Assembly (NCBI GenBank): GCA_001770855.1
Contig: MESE01000038.1
Span: forward strand, 15,818-39,817
Reading direction: 5' to 3'
Length of the DNA: 24,000 nt
Source of the DNA: Burkholderiales bacterium RIFCSPLOWO2_02_FULL_57_36
GTDB taxonomy: Bacteria; Pseudomonadota; Gammaproteobacteria; Burkholderiales; Burkholderiaceae_D
Shown here: one piece after another, positions 7,930-15,940 of the stretch
How the letters are laid out: every line of letters begins with the position of its first letter
Numbering within the stretch: position 1 is the first letter of the stretch
Program-made: the position numbers and the translations under genes
The notes under the pieces: generated by a model
The model's input: the letters and a program-made list of their open reading frames with translations, nothing else
Database searches by the model: none
What the model was told of the DNA's origin: nothing

Positions 7930-8973
7930 ATGTTGACATTGCCGACTATCCGCACTCTGACCATGCTTGCGCTCAATATCAGTCTCGGTGCATTCGCCCC
8001 CGGCCTCGCGCATGCCGCGCCCTGCAAGTGCAAGGACATCGATGCCATCGCATCCGAAATCCAGCGTGTGAGCACTGGCGAGGCAGCATGGAAAGAAATT
8101 TTCGCATGGGCGCGAGGTTTGCGCAGGGACGTGGCGATGCCGCAATCAAACGACGAAATGAACACCAAGTTTCTGCAACTGGCTCGCACGCCGCGTTCCA
8201 ACTGGGACCGCACCATGCGCGAACCGATCGTGCAGGTTGAGACGCCGGAAAAGGCCGGCGGGCTTAACGACGATGGCGAGGTCATCATCAACGAGGATTT
8301 TGCCCAGTCACATTGCGACGAGATCGTTGAGGGCGTTCGTGTACACGAACGCGCCCACCGTGACTTCTTCCTGTCACCGGGCAACTTCCTCGAGGGTGGC
8401 CTGATGAGTTCCCGGCATATGAGGCTCCGCTCAGAATCGGAAGTAATCTCTTATAGAACGCAAAAAGCATTTCTCGAGCAGAAACTCGACGCGCTTAAGA
8501 AGCAATGCGGCAAAGTGAGCTTTAAAGACGTCACCATCGATTGCACGATCAAAACACCCGTCTGCTCGATACGCACCGGCCAAAAGATCGCCGGCTCCGT
8601 GTGCGGAGACCCGCTCAAGGAAACCTGGACCATCACCCCGCATTATTTTGCCGAAGGCTGTGGCGCACCCTCCGGCGGCACGCGCGGCGATAAGCCCTTC
8701 GACAACGATTGCGTGAAGGCCGGCAGCGATGAAGAAAAGCGGCGCGCTTCAATTTACACCAATGCGCGAGCCATGGGCGGCGGCGGTTGGATGTGCGTCT
8801 ATAGCGAGGGGCCGCAGCCGAAAATTACCATCCGGTCGTTCCGCTTGTCCATGTGCGATGGCGCGGCGGAACAAACGATAACCGTCAACGCTGAAGTCTC
8901 AAAGAGTTGCGGCGATCCATCACAGCCGCCGGTCGTACCCGCGGCGCCACCGAGTTTACCGCCGAATTCCTGA
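7930..8973 (+). CDS. Secreted Cys-rich hypothetical protein with HExxH motif
   Basis: The start is moved to ATG 7930, with a ggagg RBS at 7915-7919. It has a signal peptide ending ...PGLAHA/AP. HERAH lies at nt 8344-8358. The C-terminal half has many Cys, and the tail is Pro-rich (PSQPPVVPAAPPSLPPNS). I recognise no family. Confidence 0.65.
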   Translation: MLTLPTIRTLTMLALNISLGAFAPGLAHAAPCKCKDIDAIASEIQRVSTGEAAWKEIFAWARGLRRDVAMPQSNDEMNTKFLQLARTPRSNWDRTMREPIVQVETPEKAGGLNDDGEVIINEDFAQSHCDEIVEGVRVHERAHRDFFLSPGNFLEGGLMSSRHMRLRSESEVISYRTQKAFLEQKLDALKKQCGKVSFKDVTIDCTIKTPVCSIRTGQKIAGSVCGDPLKETWTITPHYFAEGCGAPSGGTRGDKPFDNDCVKAGSDEEKRRASIYTNARAMGGGGWMCVYSEGPQPKITIRSFRLSMCDGAAEQTITVNAEVSKSCGDPSQPPVVPAAPPSLPPNS

Positions 8974-9189
8974 TGCGCCTCTCACTTGAAGCCAGCGGCC
9001 GGCTTTGGCGCCATGGTGCTGTGCGGACAGAACAGCAAGCGCGGCGGCATCTTCGACTATTGGGGCGCACCGATCCCGGCAGCCGGTGAAGTCCGGGCTG
9101 AAGCCGAACGCCTGCGAGGCGGTTAGAATTGCAGCTCATCAAACGCTGATGTCCTCAGACAGCAGCACTCCGCATAGAGGATCTTCATC

Positions 9190-9585
9190 ATGGCCAAGAC
9201 AGAGCTTGAGGGCGCTGCAAGCAGGTTCTTCGACGATTTTGTCGAAGCATTCCGATCTTTCGACGGGATCACCATAGCCCAACGTTATCTGACGCCGTAC
9301 CTCGCATTCCATACTCACGGTGCAGCCGACGTCTTCTTGTCGCATGCGGACACGGCCGACTACTTCCAGCGAATAGTCAGTGCATATCATGCCAAGGGCT
9401 GCCGATCCTGTCGCTACAACGATCTGGAAATCGTCCCGATTGGCAGGGAATGCGCGTTGGCTACCGTCACCTGGGAACTTCTCTCGGAAGACCAGGCAGT
9501 GCTTGAAACCTGGCGCGAGTCGTACAATCTCTGCCTTGTTGAAAGCAGGTTCCTGGTCTTCGCATCCACCGACCATGTCGCATAG
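9190..9585 (+). CDS. NTF2/SnoaL-like fold protein (DUF4440-like)
   Basis: 131-codon ORF with an agagga RBS. The N-terminal FFDDFVEAFRSFDGITIAQRYLTP... and the alternating beta-like C-terminal half are typical of NTF2-like small proteins. This is a pattern-level call only. Confidence 0.55.
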   Translation: MAKTELEGAASRFFDDFVEAFRSFDGITIAQRYLTPYLAFHTHGAADVFLSHADTADYFQRIVSAYHAKGCRSCRYNDLEIVPIGRECALATVTWELLSEDQAVLETWRESYNLCLVESRFLVFASTDHVA

Positions 9586-9937
9586 CCTGATGTGTACAAG
9601 TTGAAATTTGATCCGGCAGCGTATTCCGGCTCAATTGACCAGGTATTCCGTTAAAGGTTGACACCGGCACCGAGAGCCACTGCCCACTAAATGACGAGCG
9701 TCTGCTTTCGGCCAATTCCGCCCTTGGACAAACCTTGGTTCAGCGGCGGCTTCAGACTGATTGCGGTCATTCGGCATCGGAACGTGACGGACAGGACCCG
9801 ACCCATAAGAGACAGTGGCATCTGCCTATTGCGGACGCTCAACCTCTAACACTACCCGTCGTTCCCTAACGAGTCGACTTTGGGTCGCACTCGCCTTCGG
9901 AATTTTGCTTGCCCTGCCTTCAAGGACTACCGCCGAA

Positions 9938-10897
9938 TCATGCTGGTTCGCCACGTGGAATGATCTGTTGTGGACCGTGCATTGCCGTCACCTTGGCCCG
10001 AACGACAGGAACTAGCTTCTTCAGATGTGTCGTCAAAAATTCAATCTGGTCCGCGACCAATTGTTCCACCATCGGTGAGTGGTACACGCCAAAGTGGCCT
10101 GCAGGATAGTGTTTGGCAATACCGCGCGGTGCGTCGGCAGCCACCTTCACCGCGATCGCAGGATCCATCAACTCCTCCTCATCGCTAACACATACAAGGA
10201 GCGGACAACGAACGCGCCCTGCCATTGCAGCGGCGTTATAGAAGAGCACCTTGAGAAGGCTTGCGCTTGCCAGTACCCGGTTATCAAACTTATAGTCATT
10301 CGGCACTACAGAGTGCCAGCCTTCGTAGGCCCCTGGCCGATTCACAAATGCGAGTTCTCCAGGACGCCCTACCATTTGAACATATCGCCGTTCAAGCCGC
10401 AGGAGCGCACGTATTCCATCCGAGATGATCGGCCATGTGAAACGAAGAAGATGCCGCCAGCCTGACTGCAAGGTAGACGTCCGACCATTCAGGATTGGAC
10501 ATTGGATCACCGCAGCGGCAATATCCGGACGGCGAGCGGCGGTGGCAACTACGTGACTTGCGCCAAACGACGTTCCCCATAGAGCCACGCGATTGGCGTC
10601 CAATTCCGGTCGAGTCCGAATAAAAGCGAGCGCTGCGTCAATGTCTTCAAAATACCGTTGCAGGCTGAGCAGCTGACGCGGCTGACCACCGGATTCGCCA
10701 AGATGGCGGAAGTCGAAAGCAAGCACCGCCAGGCCGGCAGCCGAAAACCACCTTTCATACTGATCCAGCATCATTGCGTGGGTCGCTCCTCCGCCTTGGA
10801 CGAGTAGGACTACCGGGTGCGGGCCCTCGCCCTTCGGTAGGGTCAGCCAAGCTGCGCAGTAATCGGAGCCTGATGGGAACTTCGTTTGTATGGTCAT
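9938..10897 (-). CDS. Alpha/beta hydrolase
   Basis: The start is moved to the ATG at 10897 (MTIQTKFPSG...), with an aaggaga RBS at 10903-10909. It has HPVVLLVQGGG, a nucleophile elbow WGTSFGASH (GxSxG), and a C-terminal ...AGHFGVYH histidine region. Confidence 0.85.
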   Translation of the reverse strand: MTIQTKFPSGSDYCAAWLTLPKGEGPHPVVLLVQGGGATHAMMLDQYERWFSAAGLAVLAFDFRHLGESGGQPRQLLSLQRYFEDIDAALAFIRTRPELDANRVALWGTSFGASHVVATAARRPDIAAAVIQCPILNGRTSTLQSGWRHLLRFTWPIISDGIRALLRLERRYVQMVGRPGELAFVNRPGAYEGWHSVVPNDYKFDNRVLASASLLKVLFYNAAAMAGRVRCPLLVCVSDEEELMDPAIAVKVAADAPRGIAKHYPAGHFGVYHSPMVEQLVADQIEFLTTHLKKLVPVVRAKVTAMHGPQQIIPRGEPA

Positions 10898-10936
10898 GTT
10901 TGATCTCCTTTGGGGACTGCAAGCAAAAGCGCTTAT

Positions 10937-10976
10937 ACGTACATTGTACGTAAACAGTATCACGTACAATGTACGG
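10937..10976. promoter_or_regulatory. Duplicated palindromic operator, probable TetR binding sites
   Basis: ACGTACAtTGTACGT (10937-10951) is a perfect 7-1-7 palindrome. ACGTACAaTGTACGg (10962-10976) repeats it 25 bp away. Both lie in the 101-bp divergent gap between the hydrolase and the tetR-family gene. Confidence 0.55.
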
Positions 10977-10998
10977 CGTCAACATCGAAAAACTCAAC

Positions 10999-11658
10999 AT
11001 GCCGCCACGACCAAAATACACGCGCGCACAAGTCCAAGCCGCAGCTCTCGCAATTGCCGACGAACATGGTGTCGCCGCACTCACGATGCGCAGTCTCGCC
11101 AGTGCCTTAGGGACTGGGCCGATGACTATTTACAATTACGTTCGGAATCGTGATGAGCTCGACGCGCTCGTTGTGGAAGCCGTAATGTCCGAGGCAGTTT
11201 GGGGCAATACCGGCCAAGGCGATTGGCAACAGGATGTGCGGACGATTTGTGAGGGCATGTGGCTAGGCATCCGCACGCATCCAAATGTGATTCCGCTTAT
11301 CCTCACCCGGCGCAGTCTTCACCATGCAACATTGGCGCCAGCAGAAGCGATGCTCCGGGCGCTCGCCGATAGCGGGCGTTCAGGGCTGGAACTGCTCATG
11401 GCATTCCGCACAGTCTTCGGTTTTGTCATCGGGTTAGCCCAAGCACAGCTCGCCGGGCCGCATCCCCCGTCGCATGAGGGCGAGACCGACCCAACCATAG
11501 CCCGCGTACAGGCCCTGCCACCGGAACGATTCCCCAAACTCGTCGAGATTGCCCACGCGGCATCTGGAGTCGCGCCCGAAGACGAGTTCCATACCGGGCT
11601 GGATATTATTCTTGCCGGTCTTGATGCACAGACGAAGCAGCCTGCACATGAAAATTGA
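10999..11658 (+). CDS. TetR/AcrR family transcriptional regulator
   Basis: The start is moved to ATG 10999 (MPPRPKYTRAQV...). It has an N-terminal TetR HTH (ALAIADEHGVAALTMRSLASALGTGPMTIYNYVRNRDEL). It is divergent from the hydrolase gene. Confidence 0.85.
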   Translation: MPPRPKYTRAQVQAAALAIADEHGVAALTMRSLASALGTGPMTIYNYVRNRDELDALVVEAVMSEAVWGNTGQGDWQQDVRTICEGMWLGIRTHPNVIPLILTRRSLHHATLAPAEAMLRALADSGRSGLELLMAFRTVFGFVIGLAQAQLAGPHPPSHEGETDPTIARVQALPPERFPKLVEIAHAASGVAPEDEFHTGLDIILAGLDAQTKQPAHEN

Positions 11659-11930
11659 TATACCGGTATCGAAGTGGTCGGACACCTGAGTGACTGCTCT
11701 GGGCCGAGTACTGCCTGTGGCTTTCAAAGTCGTATGGTCCGCTTTCGCTGCATTGGGGACATTCATCAGTTCCGCGTGACAGTCTCCTGAGGGTCGGAAG
11801 AGGTCACTCGGTAGATCGAATTACTCTCGGCAGCCTGGGCAATGAAAACCGGAATGGGCGGTCAGTGACGTTCGGATTCGGTGGCCAAATTATGGCCGCA
11901 TATTCAATCCGGCAGCATGTGCCGGAGCCT

Positions 11931-12830
11931 CTATGTCCGCGCCGTGTAATGTTGATCCAGCAGCGTCACGAACTGCTGCGCGAAGGTATGCACGTCGCCA
12001 GGCCAGCGCGCGGAAATATATTGGCCGTCACGTACCACCCACGCAGGCCGCGCATCATCAATTCGATCACGCGCCATGCCACTGGTTTTAGCCCGGTAGT
12101 CCGGCGCATCGGCGGCGACATCGACAAAATCGCTGTCCTGCGCCAGCGCACGTTTGATTTCCATTTCCACGCTGCGATAACCGGCCGGTTCGCCGGGCGC
12201 CTCGTCATACGTTCGGTAATAGCCAGCATCCCAAAACCGGACCAGGTATTTGCTGAGCCGCCACGCCGTACTTTCAAGCTTCCAGGTCAATGCGGTGGTT
12301 TTGCGGCCGAACAGAACTGACTTACCGGTTTTCTTCGACAGCGATCGAGCAGCCAGCACGACCCCATGGCAGACCGCCGCTACCGGCTTGTGCCTCCCCC
12401 GCGCATCGGTCGTGTCGAAAAAGTCGGCGACGAAATCCTGCAGCACTTTGCTTTCCAGGTACGGCTTCATGCCCTTGGCATGGCCGCCGGCAAGCACCAT
12501 GGCGTCGTAGTCGTCCACTTTCAGCGCATCCCAGCTCTTGGGATTCAGAAAGCGAGGATCCTGTTCCAGTGCGCGGTATGCTTGCCGGCCGCAACGGTCC
12601 GCCCGCAGCAAGAGACCGATCAGGCGGATTTTTTTTAACCCGGGAAGCCAAGCCCACGGATCGAGTCCTTCGCCGCTGATCATCATCGGATCGGCATGAC
12701 CTTGTTTGCCGTCGGGCGTGGCGAAGTCGATTTCATGGCCTGCGTCGCGCAAGATCCGCCAACTGACCGCGACTTCGGTCGGATCGAAATCACGACTGGG
12801 AATCGGCATGATTATTTTCAGCTTTGTCAT
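11931..12830 (-). CDS. DJ-1/PfpI-type (class I glutamine amidotransferase-like) protein
   Basis: 299-codon ORF. It has a nucleophile elbow (KPVAAVCHGVVLAA), YDAMVLAGGHA, and an N-terminal IIMPIPSRDFDPTEV. Confidence 0.8.
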   Translation of the reverse strand: MTKLKIIMPIPSRDFDPTEVAVSWRILRDAGHEIDFATPDGKQGHADPMMISGEGLDPWAWLPGLKKIRLIGLLLRADRCGRQAYRALEQDPRFLNPKSWDALKVDDYDAMVLAGGHAKGMKPYLESKVLQDFVADFFDTTDARGRHKPVAAVCHGVVLAARSLSKKTGKSVLFGRKTTALTWKLESTAWRLSKYLVRFWDAGYYRTYDEAPGEPAGYRSVEMEIKRALAQDSDFVDVAADAPDYRAKTSGMARDRIDDARPAWVVRDGQYISARWPGDVHTFAQQFVTLLDQHYTART

Positions 12831-13064
12831 CGCGGCGCTTTCAAATTGGACGGCCCATCAGGAATGACAAAGCATAACAGAGCGCGCACCGTCGCCAACC
12901 ATGTCTACTCCTGTAATACGAACGCCGCCGTTGAATCAGCCCTGCTCCAATTGCCGATTCCGGAAATTCGTATATGGGTTAGTTCGAACCGAATCGGACA
13001 CGGTAGGTAAGATCAAATCGAAACTACTGCAGCTCCGCCACTCTACAACTCCGACACAACACGC

Positions 13065-13571
13065 TCAATCCACCTTGATGTTCATCTTGCGCGGTGCACC
13101 TATGCTTGCCTTGGGCAGCTCCACGCGCAGCACACCGTTTTTGTAAGTTGCCTTGGCCTGATCGATCAGGACCGCGGCAGGCAACGGCATCGCGCGCTGG
13201 AAATTGCCGTAGGCGCATTGCAGCACTCGATAGCGGCCTTCGGTGCTTTCACGCTCAAAATGCTTTTCGCCGCTGACGACAAGCATGTTGTCCTGCACCT
13301 CGATTTCCAGATCCTGCTTTTCCATTCCCGGCACTTCCATTTGGACAACGACGCGCTTGTCGTCTTCAAACAGGTTTCCACCCAGCATCGACCACGTACC
13401 GGACGGGATGTAAAACATGTCATCGACCGCGTCTTTTGCGGGCAGATTGGTTTGCTCTTTTGGCTTGAACCGGGTGAGTGCGCTCGCCGCCGATTGGCGC
13501 AAATGCTGCCAACCCTCGGTGACGGAGCCCAGGAACGAATTGAAACCCTGCCGGATGTCATCCATGTTCAT
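13065..13571 (-). CDS. Small heat-shock protein, Hsp20/alpha-crystallin family (third in operon)
   Basis: 168 codons with an aaagga RBS. It has an alpha-crystallin core (VVVQMEVPGMEKQDLEIEVQDNMLVVSGEK...GNFQRAMPLPAAV...ATYKNGVLRVELPK) and a C-terminal I-K-V motif. Confidence 0.9.
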   Translation of the reverse strand: MNMDDIRQGFNSFLGSVTEGWQHLRQSAASALTRFKPKEQTNLPAKDAVDDMFYIPSGTWSMLGGNLFEDDKRVVVQMEVPGMEKQDLEIEVQDNMLVVSGEKHFERESTEGRYRVLQCAYGNFQRAMPLPAAVLIDQAKATYKNGVLRVELPKASIGAPRKMNIKVD

Positions 13572-13592
13572 CGCAGTTTCCTTTCAAATCAG

Positions 13593-13621
13593 GATTGCCC
13601 CGCGGCGGACCGGGGGCAATC
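13593..13621 (-). promoter_or_regulatory. Intercistronic GC-rich stem-loop between sHsp genes 2 and 3
   Basis: GATTGCCCC (13593-13601) and GGGGCAATC (13613-13621) form a perfect 9-bp stem around an 11-nt loop. It starts 4 nt after the stop of the middle Hsp20 gene. On the transcript it is followed by CUGAUUUGAAAGG. Confidence 0.4.
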
Positions 13622-13625
13622 ACCG

Positions 13626-14009
13626 TCATGTCACGTTGATCTGGATCTTGCGCGGCTGCGCGTGCGCCGCTTTCGGAATTCGCAGCTTGAGCACGCCGTT
13701 ACTGAGTTCGGCCGAAGTCTTTTCGCCGTCCAGGTCCTTGGACAGCGTGAATATGCGGCGGTAGCGCGGCACTTTCACTTCCGCATAGCTCGACTCCATG
13801 TCTTGCGGAAGATTCAACTCGACATCGCCCTCGATCGTCAGGCTGTCGGTTTCCAGTTGCAGCTTCAGTTTGTCCTTGGATACGCCGGGCAGATCGGCAA
13901 ACAGGGTAATGCCGCCAGCGTCTTCAATGACATCGACCAAAGGCAGCAAGGCGGCCTCGGAAGAAACCGCATTGCTCCGCTTCTCCGTCACATTGGTATT
14001 CTGGTTCAT
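13626..14009 (-). CDS. Small heat-shock protein, Hsp20/alpha-crystallin family (second in operon)
   Basis: 127 codons with an aaggag RBS. It has GITLFADLPGVSKDKLKLQLETDSLTIEG...YRRIFTLSKDLDGEKTSAELSNGVLKLRIPK and a C-terminal I-Q-I motif. Confidence 0.9.
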   Translation of the reverse strand: MNQNTNVTEKRSNAVSSEAALLPLVDVIEDAGGITLFADLPGVSKDKLKLQLETDSLTIEGDVELNLPQDMESSYAEVKVPRYRRIFTLSKDLDGEKTSAELSNGVLKLRIPKAAHAQPRKIQINVT

Positions 14010-14039
14010 GATTTTTTCTCCTTGATTAATGGGCAGAAA

Positions 14040-14492
14040 TTAATGGACAGAAATACGGCGCGGCTGGACCGCTTCGCGCCGCTTGACACTGACATGCAGC
14101 ACGCCCTCGCGATAATTGGCGGAAACGCCATCCGGATCGACATCGTCCGGCAGGCTCACTACACGGCGGAACGATCCGGCAAAACGCTCGTTGATGTGGA
14201 CGGCCGCATTTTCTTCCTGACTCGACAGGTCATCGGGCCGCTCGCCTGCGATGGTGAGCACGCCGCGTTCAAGATTGACTTCAATGCTGTCCGGATTCAA
14301 TCCTGGCACAAACGCATACAGTTCCACCGATTGAGCAGTGCTGCCGATATTCAAAGCCGGAAATCCGCCGCGTCCAATGCCGCGGATGGTGGGTCCGAAT
14401 TCAAATGCTTGCTGCAGTTCCCGCTGCAGGCGATCCATTTCAGAGAAGATATCCCGAGAGAACATCGATCGTTGCATCATTTCATTCTCCAT
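14040..14492 (-). CDS. Small heat-shock protein, Hsp20/alpha-crystallin family (first in operon)
   Basis: 150-codon ORF. It has VELYAFVPGLNPDSIEVNLERGVLTIAGER...GSFRRVVSLPDDVDPDGVSANYREGVLHVSVKR and a C-terminal I-S-V motif. The ATG at 14480 (MMQRS...) is the likelier start, since ggaga sits 5 nt upstream of it. Confidence 0.9.
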   Translation of the reverse strand: MENEMMQRSMFSRDIFSEMDRLQRELQQAFEFGPTIRGIGRGGFPALNIGSTAQSVELYAFVPGLNPDSIEVNLERGVLTIAGERPDDLSSQEENAAVHINERFAGSFRRVVSLPDDVDPDGVSANYREGVLHVSVKRREAVQPRRISVH

Positions 14493-14566
14493 TCAGTTAG
14501 GTTGATTGAGTTAGACCGGTCTGGTGATCCTGGTTCGTGTATTAAAAATATGTTTTAAGCGCAGGA

Positions 14567-14606
14567 TTTCAAGGGCTTGATATTCAGTCTATCGAGAACC
14601 ATGTGT
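14567..14606. promoter_or_regulatory. Back-to-back divergent heat-shock-like (sigma-32-type) promoter core
   Basis: TTTCAAGGG (14567-14575) reads CCCTTGAAA on the minus strand, which matches the sigma-32 -35 consensus. It abuts CTTGATA (14576-14582) on the plus strand. The plus-strand -10 candidate aaCCATgT (14597-14604) lies after a 14-bp spacer. The minus-strand -10 is weaker (aaaCATaT, or a sigma-70-like TATTTT at 16 bp). Confidence 0.35.
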
Positions 14607-14643
14607 TGTAAAACAAGATGAAGCGAAAAAAAGGAGAACTCGG

Positions 14644-15591
14644 TTGGAATTCAAGGACTACTACCAAATCCTGGGGGTCGCGCGGGACGCGCCCGCGGAC
14701 GACATCAAGAAGGCGTATCGCAGGCTGGCGCGCAAGTACCATCCCGACGTTTCCAAGGAGCCTGACGCCGAACGAAAAATGAAGGAACTCAACGAGGCGA
14801 ATGCCGTACTGTCCGATCCGGAAAAGCGGGCTGCCTATGACAACGTCGGTCAAAGCTTCCATGCCGGCCAGGAATTCCGGCCGCCGCCCAATTGGGATGC
14901 CGGATTCGAGTTTTCCGATCGCGGCTTTTCCGGCGCCGAGTCCGCCGATTTCAGCGATTTCTTTTCCGAGCTTTTCGGCAGCCGCATGGGACGCGGCTCC
15001 CCTCGCGAGCACGGCCATTTTCGTTCTCGCGGAGAAGATCACCATGCCAAGGTTCTACTCGATCTGCAAGATGCCTACCATGGCGCATCGCGCACCCTGA
15101 CCTTGCGCACACCGCAGACGGATGCGCGCGGCCATGTGAAGCTGTCCGAGCGCGCCCTGGACGTGCGCATCCCGAAAGGCATCCATGAGGGACAGCTGAT
15201 TCGCCTGACCGGTCAAGGCAGCCCCGGACACGGCGGCGGGCAATCCGGCGACTTGTACCTGGAAGTTCATTTCAAGCCGCATACGCGCTACCGCGCCGAA
15301 GGCCGCGACGTGTATGCGACGTTGCCGATCGCGCCATGGGAAGCGGCGTTGGGCGCCAGCGTCAAGGCGCCGGTGCCGGACGGCGCGGTCGAGGTGCGCA
15401 TTCCCGAAGGATCGCAGTCGGGCCGCAAATTGCGCCTTAAAGGACGTGGAATTCCCGGATCGACGCCCGGCGATCTTTACCTGGTGCTGGAAATCGTGCT
15501 GCCGCCTGCCAGCAACCCGAAAGCGCGCGAACTTTATCAAGCGATGGAGCGAGAACTCAACTTCGACCCGCGCCGGGGTCTGGGAGCATGA
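14644..15591 (+). CDS. cbpA: Curved-DNA-binding protein CbpA (DnaJ-like co-chaperone without zinc finger)
   Basis: TTG start 7 nt after aaggag. It has a J-domain ([63 protein letters not shown]), a G/F-like linker, no CxxCxGxG repeats, and DnaJ C-terminal domains. It overlaps the next gene by ATGA. Confidence 0.9.
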   Translation: MEFKDYYQILGVARDAPADDIKKAYRRLARKYHPDVSKEPDAERKMKELNEANAVLSDPEKRAAYDNVGQSFHAGQEFRPPPNWDAGFEFSDRGFSGAESADFSDFFSELFGSRMGRGSPREHGHFRSRGEDHHAKVLLDLQDAYHGASRTLTLRTPQTDARGHVKLSERALDVRIPKGIHEGQLIRLTGQGSPGHGGGQSGDLYLEVHFKPHTRYRAEGRDVYATLPIAPWEAALGASVKAPVPDGAVEVRIPEGSQSGRKLRLKGRGIPGSTPGDLYLVLEIVLPPASNPKARELYQAMERELNFDPRRGLGA

Positions 15592-15905
15592 CCATGGCAC
15601 AAGAACATATTGCCCTGCTGCTTGACGACGCATGCCTGACCGTTGATGAACTTGCGGTAAGCTGCAGCGTCAGCCGCGAGTGGGTCATTGAGCACGTGCA
15701 AGCCGGCGTGCTGCCCGCCGAGTCCGGCGCAGACCCGGCGCAATGGTCTTTCACCGGACGCGACCTGTTGCGCACCCGCCGCCTGTTTGATCTGGAGCGC
15801 AGTTTCGACGCCAATCCGGAACTGGCAGGCCTGGTGACGGATCTTCTTGATGAAATGGAGCGGTTGCGGGTTCGCTTGAGGCGCGCCGGCCTGCCGCCCG
15901 ACTGA
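15588..15905 (+). CDS. cbpM: Chaperone modulator CbpM (MerR-like)
   Basis: 105-codon ORF overlapping the cbpA stop. The ATG at 15594 has better spacing to gggag. The size, position directly after cbpA, the [29 protein letters not shown]-like segment and the C-terminal [12 protein letters not shown] helix all fit CbpM. Confidence 0.75.
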   Translation: MTMAQEHIALLLDDACLTVDELAVSCSVSREWVIEHVQAGVLPAESGADPAQWSFTGRDLLRTRRLFDLERSFDANPELAGLVTDLLDEMERLRVRLRRAGLPPD

Positions 15906-15940
15906 AATCACGATATTGAATTTACAGAGGAGTCCGTCAT

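Noticed and set aside
11909-11925. Short hairpin CCGGCA-gcatg-TGCCGG just after the DJ-1-type gene stop
   Set aside because: The stem is only 6 bp and no U-tract follows it on the minus-strand transcript. This is too weak to call a terminator.
12629-12636. Homopolymeric T8 (A8 on the coding strand) inside the DJ-1/PfpI-type gene, plus an A8 run at 1846-1853 in the PAS gene, as possible phase-variation tracts
   Set aside because: The runs are short and simply encode Lys-Lys (LKKI, SKKKF) with the frame intact. There is no evidence of slippage.
11865-12679. Several 86-151-codon plus-strand ORFs antisense to the DJ-1/PfpI-type gene, and similar shadow ORFs antisense to cbpA (15055-15633), the lipase foldase (17665-18439) and the lipase (19204-19839)
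   Set aside because: Each overlaps a gene with clear family motifs on the other strand, and each has an Arg/Pro/His-rich composition typical of off-frame GC-rich translation.
13218-14558. 446-codon plus-strand ORF spanning all three Hsp20 genes and both intercistronic gaps
   Set aside because: It is striking in length, but it lies antisense to three ORFs with unmistakable alpha-crystallin domains, good RBSs and IxI/V tails. Its own translation is R/H/L/F-rich with no recognisable domain or RBS. I treat it as a chance shadow ORF. Ribo-seq could overturn this.
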